Origin: Vicugna vicugna
Lineage: Eukaryota
Assembly (NCBI GenBank): GCA_013265495.1
Contig: MU061578.1
Location: 815,308-879,307 of the forward strand
DNA: 64,000 bases
Direction: 5' to 3'
Shown: piece after piece, positions 52,567 to 64,000 of the stretch
How the letters are laid out: every line of letters begins with the position of its first letter
How positions within the stretch are numbered: position 1 is the first letter of the stretch
Translations under genes and position numbers: made by a program
The notes under the pieces: generated by a model
The model's input: the letters and a program-made list of their open reading frames with translations, nothing else
Database searches by the model: none
Told to the model about the DNA's origin: nothing

Positions 52567-53100
52567 AAACTTAGCAGCTGTTCTAGTCTCACACCACAAA
52601 GCATCTGCCCAAAGCAAGCCTCGATTACGAGCGCGGGTGTGTGCGCTGTGCAACGTGTGGACGGCCGGGGTGTGGAAGGAGGGGGGTGCTGAGGCCGCCT
52701 GGCTGACCTCCCCCTCAACATCTGACTGCTCCCCAAACCAACCCCAGATGGGACTCCTTCCTTGAGCTTGGCCCATCAATCACAGCTTGCCCCTCCTCTG
52801 GCTCCTGCTCTCAGTTTCAGAGTGCACACTGAGCAGATGATTATATAGAAGAGGAAGGAAACACACACGCACACACACACACAGAGCGCTCGACTACATT
52901 AATAGCTGTTTAAAAAACATTAGAAATGCTATCCTCTGCACAGCCTGGAGCCGGAATTTTTCATTACTAAACTAAATATATGGTATGCAAAGTTATGAAA
53001 TCCACTGGGAAGCTTGCGACGCCCCTGTTTTGTTTTATATTTTCAGGAGGGGAGTGGGGGTGTCGGGGATAGCAGGGGAAGAGACCGGGGAGGGATGAAG
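52567..53100 (-). promoter_or_regulatory. Candidate internal promoter and 5'UTR of the MEEKGSRMVQQ first exon
   Basis: The block is free of recognisable transposons and locally CpG-enriched. TATATAA lies on the minus strand at 52847-52841, with an Inr-like gcActct about 24 nt downstream and E-boxes (CAGATG ~52834, CAGCTG ~52575). Confidence 0.55.
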
Positions 53101-53234
53101 AAAGAACTCAAAGAGGTAAGAGAGATGGTGGTGGGTGCGTTAAAAAAAAATACCGTGAGAACATCGGGGATGTAAAAATTTATAACAAAGCTGAGTGGCT
53201 AATTGTAAATCGATCTTAAAACACTATAACGAGC

Positions 53235-53460
53235 GATTGTTTAGAAGATGTGGCTGCCTGGCTCCTTGGTGGATGAGCTGTGTGATCTCGCGCAAGATGC
53301 TGCAATGCCCTGAGCTCCAGTTTTTGCTTCTGTTTAATGGGGAGTATGATGAGTGACTTCCCAGGGTAATTTTGTGAGGATCATGATAAAAATCAAATCA
53401 CAGAAAAGTAAACACACACAGCACCGTGCCTCATAGTAGGCGCTATATGAGCAGATTCAT
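53235..53460 (+). mobile_element. MIR SINE
   Basis: gagctgtgtgatctcgcgcaag...gcaccgtgcctcatagtaggcgct. Confidence 0.65.
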
Positions 53461-54604
53461 GCATCACATTCAATAAAAAGGTGAGCGAAATCCAAACCCA
53501 CTTTTGTCCCTGGGGACCGTACAGGCAAGAGGGGCAGTAGACTTTCAAGAAAGGAACCGAGCCCCAGTGGTGATCAAGGGCGTGAAGGAAAAGCGCAGCC
53601 CTGCTGCTTTCCCGTTGTCGTGAACTTTTGTCTCTTCCTAGCTCATGGTTTCTTTCCTTCTCTCCAAATGAGCAAAAATAAAACCTCATACGAAACATGC
53701 CCGGTGATTTCGATGCCAAATGCTGCATCCATGCAACTGCGGCCTCTTTATTTAAAGTTACAAATACTTTGTTCTTCCTTTATTATTAAAACTACAACAA
53801 CTGCAGTGAAATGTCAACACAATTTCAGCTTTTATTTAGTCATGTCTTTTCCTGCTGGCCGAGGGAGAGGTTTCAGGAGCACCCCCCACCCCAAAGTGGA
53901 CAGCTGCTTATCGCCGAGACGCCTGCTTGGAAGGGACAGGTCTTGCGACACTGGAGGGAACGGATGGGGTTTCTGAAGTGATTAAACTTGTAATTAAATT
54001 GTATAACAGAGGAGGAGGTGAGGGCGGAGGAGGCTCCCCAGAAGAATTCCACTTTCCTGCTGGTCTGTCAGTGGTACTAGTTCAGGGAGCCCTTGGGTAA
54101 CTTTTTTTTTTTTTTTTAATTCCCAGCTCCCCAGGGTTGGAAAGAAAATCTGGACAAATGGTATTTGTGCCATCTTTCCATTTCTATTTGCAGTCACTCC
54201 CTGGGGCTCTCTCTAATGCAGGATTAAAACAAGCAGTCCTTTCAGGTTCTTTAAAGGGGTGTGTCACTCCCCTCTCAGGACTGCATCGCCACAGAGGACC
54301 AGGGCCCCTTCCTCGCATGACTGCAGCCCAACAGGTAGACTCAGAAGCCCTTTTCATGGGCCATAAGCTCTTTGTCCTTACTGATAACTGTAAAGTCCTA
54401 TTTGCGTCCTTAAACCAAAGTATAGGGGTCTTGCTTTTGCCTAGAAAGCAACAGGGCTGAAAACAAGACAGACAAATTCCTTGGTGAAGGATGTTCTGAG
54501 AAGTTATAGAGAAGATGCAAAAAAAAAAAAGTCAAAACACCAAATAAAGAAGAGTGTTTCAGATGGAAACAATCAGAGTGAAGTAATAGGACACTGTACC
54601 TTCC

Positions 54605-54765
54605 CCAGTGGACCATCCGATCACTTGGGGTATTCCCTTAAAAGAATCAGATGCTAAGACTGCAGCCCAGACCCACCAACTTAAAATCTCTGAGGGTAGG
54701 ATCCAGGAACGGAATTCTGTGTTTTTCAAACTGTAGGTGTGATCCCTTGGGATGTAAAATCCATG
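54605..54765. mobile_element. MER5A-like fragment
   Basis: atcacttgggg...cagatgct...cccagacccacc...aatctctgagggtaggatccagga. Confidence 0.55.
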
Positions 54766-55486
54766 TAGGGGGTTATCATGCCAGCATTCTTGAAATGAAA
54801 TAAACTGTGCCACACTGGGAAAGCATAGAACAGAAGAGCAAGAGTGGCGTTCCATGAAACTTTTATGTGGGTGAATTGGGCTGCAATGTAAAATCTTTTA
54901 TGGATTGCAGTAAAATAAATAAAATAAAAGACACTATGCTGGGTCATTTCTCTGTCTGTTACCATCTAACCTTCTACTGGTGCTGTGACTATGGAATCAG
55001 AGTTAAGTGTTGAAAAGTCAGGGGCATAATTGTGGAACTATTGGCAAGTCATTCAACCTCCATGTGTCCCGCTTCCTCATCTATTATTGTAAATAACAAT
55101 GTATTTTATCCTTTCCAGTGACGCTCTGGTGATGTGTTAGGGATAAAATCTACGGGAATGTGTTTTATAATCTAGAGAGTCCTGTGTGCATCTATGACCT
55201 ATTGTGGGGATGAAATCAGTCCCCCTTCTAGTTCACAGAAGTGCTTCCTCTGGAGAACACGTGCAGAGGTGTGTTGGACCTTACTGTGTGCCAGGCACTT
55301 TAATCCTCACAACCACTCCCAAGAGATAGATATTACGGTCCCTTTTAAAAGATAAGAAAACTGAGGCTCCAAACAAGTGACAAAATATTTCCCACTCTGG
55401 GAGTTACTGAATCAGTAAGTGGCAGAACCAGAACTTAAACCTAATTTGGGCTTATTGAAGAATTCCTGCCACTGAATCCATACTAA

Positions 55487-55660
55487 GATGACGATGGAGA
55501 TGATGATAATGATAGGAATGGAGATGACGATGATGGTGAAGAAGGTGGTGGGGATGATGATGATAAACATGGAGATGATGATGATGGTGAAGACGATGGT
55601 GGGATGATGATGATAAACATGGAGATGATAATGGTAGTGAAGATGATGGTGATGATGATG
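55487..55660. repeat. (GAT/GGT)n-derived minisatellite, about 3 copies of a ~50-bp unit
   Basis: The unit atggagatgaygatgatggtgaaga...gggatgatgatgataaac recurs at about 55518, 55569 and 55619. Confidence 0.9.
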
Positions 55661-58600
55661 AGAAAACATTTCTTCTTCAGCAATAACTATGTACCAGTCA
55701 TTGTTCTAAGGACTGAGGACACAAAATTCAACAAAGCAGCTTTACCTACATTATCCTTTTTAAGAAGAATCCAATGTGGTACATACTGTCATTCTCTTTT
55801 CAAGGGAGGTGAAGTTACTTCCTCTTACTCACACAGCTCATAAGCACTAGTTACACAAATCCATTAGATTCTTAAGCTCCATGTCCTTGAACAGTTGGAG
55901 ACGGGCCTCAATTAGGTAAACATACAAACCTTGGTTTCCTAACTATACTGGCTCACAGAAAAGCATCTCTTGAACAAAGAACTCTGAAACCCACTCTGAG
56001 GCCATAATTTCACACACAAAAAACAAACAAACAGCAAAGATAACAAGAGTCCATGTCACAGATTCAAGTGAAAGCAATTTGTTTCATTTCACTTTCCCGG
56101 CCTCAACAAGGAAGCAGAGAGAGAGAGAGACCAGGAGCCATCTTGCCACGGCTGACAAACACCAGCCCCAGAAATACAAACCAGCCGAGTGGGCGGCAGG
56201 TTTGCGACGACGAGGTGTCATGTTTGCAAAATGTTCCATTCTGACTTTCCATTTGGAGTCACAGAAGGCAATGTAGTGGTTGTTTTTCTCAACTCCTTAA
56301 AAGTTAGTGACAATCAAATATTTATGGCACTTTGTACAAGTCAGTCGTCCTGATATGGTTGCTTATGAGGTGATATTTCTAAAGGGAAAAGTGCTTTTCT
56401 CTTAAAAAAATTAGCAGCCTCTGGAGCAAGTAAAGTTCCCAACCAACAGCATCATACCCTTAAGAAGAAGGGTTTTCTGTCCCCAGGGCCTCAGAGGGCC
56501 CCGACCTGTCCTTTAAAACCCTTGTCAAAGTCTGAGATGACATGACATACATTTTGCTTTTGACATTATGCATATATTTTATATTACATATATTTTGCTG
56601 TCTGTCTCCAACTAGACTGTAAACTTCATGAGGACTGAAACCTCATCTGTTTTTCTCATCATTGTTGCCGCAAGCATTTCAAAGAGTGCCACACACCTAC
56701 ACAGAGTCAAAAGGTTTTGTTGCATGAAAAATGAATTCCTAAGCTAGTCTCTTTATTCCTACTGGACTAAGACATGCTCTGACTCACCCAGCACCTCAGG
56801 GTGCTGAGAAACAAGGTCAAACCATCAAATGCTGCTTTGCACTGTTGAAAACAATTTCCCCATTGAAATATCTCAACATTGCGCTGAAGGATTTCTTGGT
56901 GGAAAGCCATGCAACATAGGGCTTCCCCTCTCTGTACGTAAACTAGCTGTAAATGCCTTATTATTGTCCATTATTAATAAAAAGTAACAGCCAGGGTGGC
57001 TGTTATTCATTAAGTTCATTGTAAGCATAAGACAATTAGTCACTTTATCTATATTGTCTAACTTCATCTCTACAGGAGCTATATGTTTACTAAACTTATT
57101 TTTATCACACTCATTTCACAGATAAAGAAGGAGAAAGTCTTGAAGCTAGTCAGTGGCAGATGCAAAATCCAGGTCAAGGAAGCTATGATTGACCTCCTTG
57201 TTGGCTATAATGAGGGGTGCTATCTGTAAGGGTTATGGTAGAATAATTCAGCCACAAAATATTTTTTGACATATCCTAGCCAAAGTTGGAGGCAACCAAA
57301 AAGGCACGAGATCTTGCTCTTGCCATCCCAAGATCGAGAATCCACCTGGGTTATTAGTGCTAGTGATGATGATGATGATGGTGGTGATTATAACATTATT
57401 CATAACAACAGGAATATAATTAGAATGGCTCTCAACACAGGGTTTCCATTGCCCTAAGTGTTGTATGCGTGGAACTCCCTCAGTGTGCCCCACAGTCTCA
57501 CAATGGGGACGCAATCATCATCTTCACTGTACAGATGGACGGCTAAGCAAATAATCTGAGGTCACCTTAATAGTGCGTGATGAGACTCATATTTGGATCA
57601 ATCCCATTCCAAGTCCAAAGCAAGACGTTGAAAAAAAAATCAGAGGAAGTTTCTGTGTCCCCTTCATCCAGTTCCCCCCAATGGGAAACTCTTGCATGAC
57701 CATAGCATGCTGTCAAAAGTAGCAAATTGACTTTGTATGACCAGTCCTTCACATTGCTGCAAACACAGCAAAAGTTCTGCTGTCATATTTTGCCATCCAT
57801 AACATCGCATCATCGCCACTGACATCTACCCCGAGTGACGGCTGGAGCTGCCCACCACTGTCCCAAATACAGCGGTGCCGACAGAAGGGCAGAAGGACAA
57901 ACTGACAGTTGAACCAAGCAAGTGAGTGCTAGCAAAACTATTTTCATAAGGGAAGGAACGGATGAATGCATTTTTAATTACAGTTCAGTAAAGACCCTTC
58001 ACCTCCTGGTATGGAGGCAGCCTTCAATCCTGAGCAAACTTTCACTATCACAATGTCTCTCCTCTCCCAGCTAGGCATTTTCTAAAGAAGGGGAAAAAGT
58101 TCTCACCACCACCACCATCAGGGTGACATCAGTGTCAAATCTACATCCAAGATGAATTTCAGGGACTTACGCCATTGCGAATATTACTACCTTCAGCCAG
58201 ATCCACAAAAGGGAAAGAATGGGTTGTGGTCCCTTCTATAGCTTGCTTACAGTTACCTGCAGATGTGACCTGGGATAATATCACTGTGTTTCCTATTCCG
58301 TCACAGGTATCCAGGTGATTCTCTGCCTGCTTCTGAAATAGGAACTTAATAGATTTGGTGTGAGGCAACTTTCTTTGTAAGGGAGGAAGTCACTATACAT
58401 ATGGCCAGCACCAAGGAGCCCAGAGAGGGACCAGCTCCACTGTGAATGTTGCTGAGCAAAGCATCCCACTAAGGATGTCACCAAGGGATGGCCACTAGAT
58501 GTGGGAATTTGGGAGCATTAAGTGACACTGCTTGAAAGAGAACCATATACTCTCCCCAGGGGAACGGTAATAATAAAATGTTCTAGCAAAGAGGAAAGTA

Positions 58601-61396
58601 AACGTTCTAGATACAAATCAGGACAAGAAGTAAGATACCATTGTCTTGCCCATGAATGGATTCAGAATCCTTACCACTCATATCACGTTATGAAAACTGA
58701 GCTCTCTACCCATCACGAAAGTGTACGTCCCAGTGACACTAATAAACATGTCTTCTCCTTCTTCTTTGGTCCCTTCCCAAAGCTGGGCCCTAAACTTAGC
58801 TGAAACAACTCCAAGACCTTGAGACATGGCACTGTTAAGGTACAGAACCCACCTACCAGCACCCACATAGCTTATAATGAATTTCCAGAACCAAACCTTT
58901 GATTGCATTTTTAATTCCCCAAGTTACCTATGTAACTATCATTGGCCTCTCATAAGATGGTAAACTCCTTAAGGGCAGGAACTTGCCATATTCATCTTTA
59001 GCATTTCTCTCTTTTCCTTCCGTATTCTGTAATCAGGTGTTTGACATGATAAATATCTGCTGGCTTGCATTCACCTCACTTGTAGGAAGATGTCTAATCT
59101 GGTTACGGCAACAGGCAAAGATGATAAAATATGACCTTGTCTTTCATTGTGCATTGCATAAGTTTTAGCCTCTAACAGTTTGCCAACTGGGAAAAAAAAA
59201 AAAGGCTGTCACAAAATGAATTATACTTGGACTTGCAAGAAATGAAATTAGGAGAGACTGCCAGAAAGCAAGGGCAATGAACTATTCAAATAGGCGAGAA
59301 CTTGATATTCACGGCATTGTTTCAGCAGCGAAGTACTGGCATCTTCTGGATGGCAGGTCCTGTGCTAGGTGCAGGGGCTCCAGTGGTGATGAGGATTTAG
59401 GAAGCCCAGGTAGGTGGGCAGGAATCACAGAACAGACCAGGAATAGATAGTCCCATGGGGCATGTGCCATGCGAGGAGAAATATAAAGAGCCCAAAGTGC
59501 TCGCCTCTCCCCTGTGATTCATCAAGGAGGGCTTTCCAGAACTGGCGTCTAAACTGAGAGTTGAAGGGTGAGTAGAAAATAGCCAGATGGTATGAAACAT
59601 GTTGACAAGATAACATGCGGGAAGCCAGTTCCATGTTGCAGTCAGAGCAAATATCTCCTACCCAGGGTGGCAGAATCAATGAAAAAGAAGGGAAAGACGG
59701 TGGCGAGGATATCTGCAGAGAGCTGAGATAGAGACCTGGAGGCTACCAGACTGTGAGGCCCTTGAGGGCAGAGGCCCAGGTCTGTTCTGTGTTATCAGGC
59801 AACAGGTTCCGAGGAGTATTTGAATGGCATACATAGAGTAGATGCTCAAAAATGTTTTGACTCAAAGATTAAATGCAATGATGGTATATGCCAGGATGAA
59901 GCGAGCCAAGGGGTAAAAAGAGGAGAGAGAAGAGAGAGGAATCTGATCATTTAAACTATGCCCTTTGACATTACTTGCTCCCTTGAAGCAACTCAAATGC
60001 TTGAAATAGAAGAAATAAACAGATGAGTCAGGTGGTCACTTGAAGTAAATAAGTAAGACAGAGGCTCATCGTCCTCTTCATCAGCATCATCACAGTGGCT
60101 TAGCCAGAGATAGGATGCATAAGCTTCTGAGAGCAGTCAGACATTGTCTATTTGAGCCTCAATACAATATTGGAAGGTCAGTGGGGTGGGTACCATTCAT
60201 ACCCATTTAACAGAAGAGAAAGCTGAGGCTCAGGTAACTTAGCAACATGCCCACGTTCAGACAACTAATCCATGTTCTAGCTGGGATTTGAACTCTGGAT
60301 ATGTTTCCATTGCACCAAACCGCTTCCTAAGGTTTCCACTCACATGACCCAGCAAGTCTAGCTTTATCAAGAGGCTTGACTGCATGATGCATTTCTGGAT
60401 TTCCTCCATCCTCATTTCATAAACTTTTATACAGAGAATGAGAGAAGTAAACACGGAAAGTATGACAAGTGAAATACTCATCAGAACAAAGAGAAGATAA
60501 AACTTTATTGGCCTTACAAATTCAGTACAACCCAGCTTAGCATAAGCATGCCCGTGTTGAAGTTATTACTATTTTTTTTTAAAGATAAGTCCAGAGGGAT
60601 TGAAATCAAAGGTTCCATCTTTCTAAGTGAAGAAGCAAGTTCCATTACTGGCCCTGTCCCAACTCAAGTCTCTAAGCCCAGGGCTCTCAACCAAAGCACC
60701 ACCTGAGAATGGAGAATCCTGAATTCTTCACATATGTTTGTGCAGGGCATCAGTATTATTTTTCTGTAGCTAAAGATATGACCTATGTTAAGGATATCTA
60801 CCTGCATGAACGCTGAATGGAGAGGGTCACACAGTTTGGAGGAGAACAGGGCTAGACTGACGTAAAGAAGAGGTTTTGCAAAATGTCATGGTAAATCCAA
60901 GGAGAAGGGTAGGGTTTCAGAAATAAGGAAGCAGTTTGCCTTATTTGTATTTATGAGAGAATTTGCCTAATGGCAAGAAATTTTATTTCGGTACCAACAG
61001 TGAGTGTAGAAGTCTGGCCAAATAAATTGTGTGATCACTCTGTGTCCAGCTGAAGACACTGAAGTTCATTTATCCAAACAACTGTGAGGCAGCTTTAGCT
61101 AGGAATACTGAGGCTGATGGAAGTTAAGTAAGTTTAATTCAAAAGACCTTCAAGGAACAGCTTTAAAATAGTTTCAAATGTGATTGCGAAGTCCATGCTT
61201 TTGCAGAATGGAACTGCCCATAGGCAGCATTCATCCTCTTCATGAACTGGTTTTCTTTGTTTGATTTTTAACACGCCTACCTTCTTCAGATGGGGTGGAA
61301 TATTCTTGGAACCTACGCGAAGCAGACACAAGGTTGTCCTCACATTCACTATTATTGACTCAAGTATCTGACTTAAGTTTATTAAACACCTTCTGT

Positions 61397-61810
61397 CCCC
61401 CAGTATCTCAGAATGCAACCTTACTTGGGAATGGAGTCATGGCAAATGTAATTAGTTAAAAGAAGGTCATACTGGAGTAGGGTTGGCCCCAAATCTGATA
61501 TGACTGTTCTTATAAAAAGGGGAACTTTGGACTCAGACATGCACACAAGGAGAACACTATGTGAAGATGGGGGCAGAGACTGAGGTGATATTTCTATGGC
61601 TAAAAAAGCACCAAAGGCTGACAGCAAACCAGCAGAAGCCAGGAGAGAGGTATGGACCAGATTCATCCTCATAACCTTCAGATGGAACCAACCCTGCTGA
61701 CACCTTGATCTTGGACTTCTGGTCTCCAGAACTCTGTGGCAACACATTTCTGCAGTTTTAGCCTGCCAGTTTGTGATACTTTGTTATGCTAGTCCCAGGA
61801 AATCAACACA
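61397..61810 (+). mobile_element. MaLR LTR, MLT1B/C-like
   Basis: gaaggtcatactggagtaggg; ggaaccaaccctgctgacaccttgatcttggacttctggtctccagaact. Confidence 0.88.
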
Positions 61811-62087
61811 CCTACCATGTGCTAGTCACTGGAGATACGGTGTTAAGTGGAGTCACTCCCTGCTTCCTGGAGCTTAAGGTCCAGTAACAGAAATACAACC
61901 ACCAAGTAAAACCAGTTAAAAAATGACACAATATCTTGTCCTCTCATTCCATGCTTCACACTTAAGGAAGTTGGGACATACAATGAATTTCACGCAATCT
62001 CACTTGATCTCTGTGAAGCAGATCCTGTAACCTGAGTTGGAGAAGTTTAAGGACTTGAAAGATCTGCCCAGACATTGTGATTGCACC

Positions 62088-62393
62088 CTGGGCTGTCCTC
62101 ACGTGGTGGTCATTAGGCACATGTGGTCATTGAGCACATGTGGTTAGTCCAAAATGAAGATGGCTGTAAGTGCAAAATGCAGGCTGGACTTCAGCGATAC
62201 AGTACAAGGAAGAGAATGTAAAATATCTGTTTCATAGTTTTATTTTGATTTACAGGTTGAAATGATAGTTTGGGCATATTGGATGAAATAAAACATTTTC
62301 GATTATATGTTGAGACATACTGGATTGAATAAAAATAAAGTACATACGGGGCTCAAATTTGTGGCTCTCATTATATTTCTGCTGGACTGGGCG
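62088..62393 (+). mobile_element. MER33 (hAT-Charlie)
   Basis: cacatgtggtcattgagcac; gatttacaggttgaaatgata; gtggctctcattatatttctgctggac. Confidence 0.8.
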
Positions 62394-63109
62394 GGTGATA
62401 CCCATTGATTCAAGGGTTATAGAGCAGGGATGGATCCATGTTTTCCTTGGACTAACTGATGGGCAGAGTTGGGACTGAACTTGGACCACTGAAATCTGAA
62501 GCCCCTGCTGCTTCGAAATACCGAGCCACGATCGTGGTGCCAAAGGTAAAAGTCTCCAGAAACGGCCTCATTGAAATGAAACCAGAAGAGGGAAGCTAGA
62601 TTCCCACACTACCCCCTCACCCAGTCTTTGTGCTGTTAACATTCTTCACTTTCCCTGACCCTTCCTGCACAATTTCAGCATCAACCCCAAGACAGCCTTC
62701 ACAGAAGGCCGCTTCTGAACAGAACATATCTTTCACTTTACCGAATCCGACAAAGCTCCCGAGGCCCTTGAGAATCCGTCGAAAGTACCTATTTGGGGAC
62801 AGGAGAGGTGAAAGGCTTTTAAAAGCTTGTTTTAACTCTGTGTGAAATCAACTGACTAATATTTATACTGGGCAGCTCTCTGCAAAGATGAAATAAACTC
62901 TCTACAAATAGCCTACAGAGCTCAGACATCCACTGTGTGTGAGGTCAGGGAAGAGCCTTGAACACGCTCCAGTATTGCAGGATGCTTAAGGCATCAGCAG
63001 GCATTCTGAGTTAGATCTTGTTCTGCAAGGTTATCCATTGGATTTGATCAGAAAGGGACTAGCTCTTTTTTTTTATATCTCGCAGACACTTGGTAGGATG
63101 TCTTGCTTT

Positions 63110-63850
63110 CACTCATTCATTCATTCATTCATTCACTCAAGATGTATTTCTTGACTATGTTTTAGGCACAGAGAGATACACTAAGGGCGCTTTCGTCTAC
63201 TGTGCCTGACCCCTGGCAGGCTGAGAATCAGTATTTCCTTTTGCATTAATATAAAATACATTCAGCCATAAGGAAACAGTCTCTGCTCAAATGGAGATTT
63301 AAAATAGGGATGAAGATAGATACAGGAAAAATCAATGACCAAAGCAAGTTTCATGGATTTTATAAATCTAAATGCAAATTATTATGGGAGCCAGAGAGGA
63401 AGCATCCGGATTTGGAGATGGAGGTGTAGTGAATGCTTCCTTAAGGATGTGATGGTTGAGATGAGCAGAAAGGAGAAGTTGGAGTGAGTTAGGTAGACAT
63501 CCAAGGCAGAGGAAAAGCATGCAGAGCAGCTTCAGGGAATAAAGAACACAGAGAACAGATCATATGGCTGAAGTATGGGTGTGGTGGGGATTTGGCAGGA
63601 AATGGAGCTAGAGATAAGGCTGAAGGCCTAGGGCAAAGCTCAGAGCGTGCCACGCAAAGCAGTTAGGATTTGATCCTTTGGTAACGGGAGGCCACTGAAG
63701 AGTTCCAGGCATGGGAAGGGCATAGTCAAATCTGTGTTATAGAGGAGCATTCTGGTCACTAAATGACGAAAGCACAGGAGAGGGAACATCGTGGAGGTAG
63801 AGAGGGAAGAGCAAAGATGACGGTCGTCACCCACAAGAGAGATGACAAAG
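63110..63850 (-). mobile_element. LINE-2 fragment(s), including a (TTCA)n 3' tail
   Basis: cattcattcattca tail; caaggcagaggaaaagcatg; ggatttgatcctttggtaacgggaggccactgaagag. Confidence 0.65.
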
Positions 63851-64000
63851 CAGGGGCAGAGGTGGAGAAAGGCAGACGAAGTCAGGGGCCCACTTTCAAG
63901 GCTGTTTCTTTCCATCAATATGGATACCAATGGCTCTAATGTGAAGTTTTGCATCTTTCCTGTGTCCAGTGCAAAATAACTGATTTTTACATTTTTATTT

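Noticed and set aside
62104..62146. Spaced direct repeats (gtggtcatt..gcacat) superficially like an array
   Set aside because: Internal subterminal repeats of MER33; there are no unique spacers, and a CRISPR interpretation does not fit mammalian DNA.

Overview
Mammalian genomic DNA from inside the very large RBFOX1 (A2BP1/Fox-1) gene, which is transcribed on the minus strand. Only about 270 bp is recognisably coding. One part is the internal exon encoding [21 protein letters not shown]...SAHTVSG (acceptor at 45962), which sits in a CpG island. The other is a short alternative first coding exon encoding MEEKGSRMVQQ (52566-52534), with a candidate TATA-containing internal promoter; it would splice in phase 0 onto the internal exon across a 6571-nt intron. 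The rest is intron. It holds old eutherian repeats (MIR, L2, MLT1 and MER34-like LTRs, MER20/33/58/63/5 DNA transposons, L1M), cetartiodactyl-type L1 3' ends, microsatellites and several repeat-free blocks that look like conserved non-coding elements. No ruminant, pig or whale SINEs were recognised, which points tentatively to a camelid. The main anomaly is that the internal exon lacks its last three codons (T-A-T) and its expected donor, and runs directly into a G-quadruplex-type tract; this is either an assembly dropout or a real lesion. I see no evidence of a novel multi-gene system, and nearly all ORFs in the supplied track are spurious. Repeat names and boundaries come from recalled consensus sequences and are approximate.
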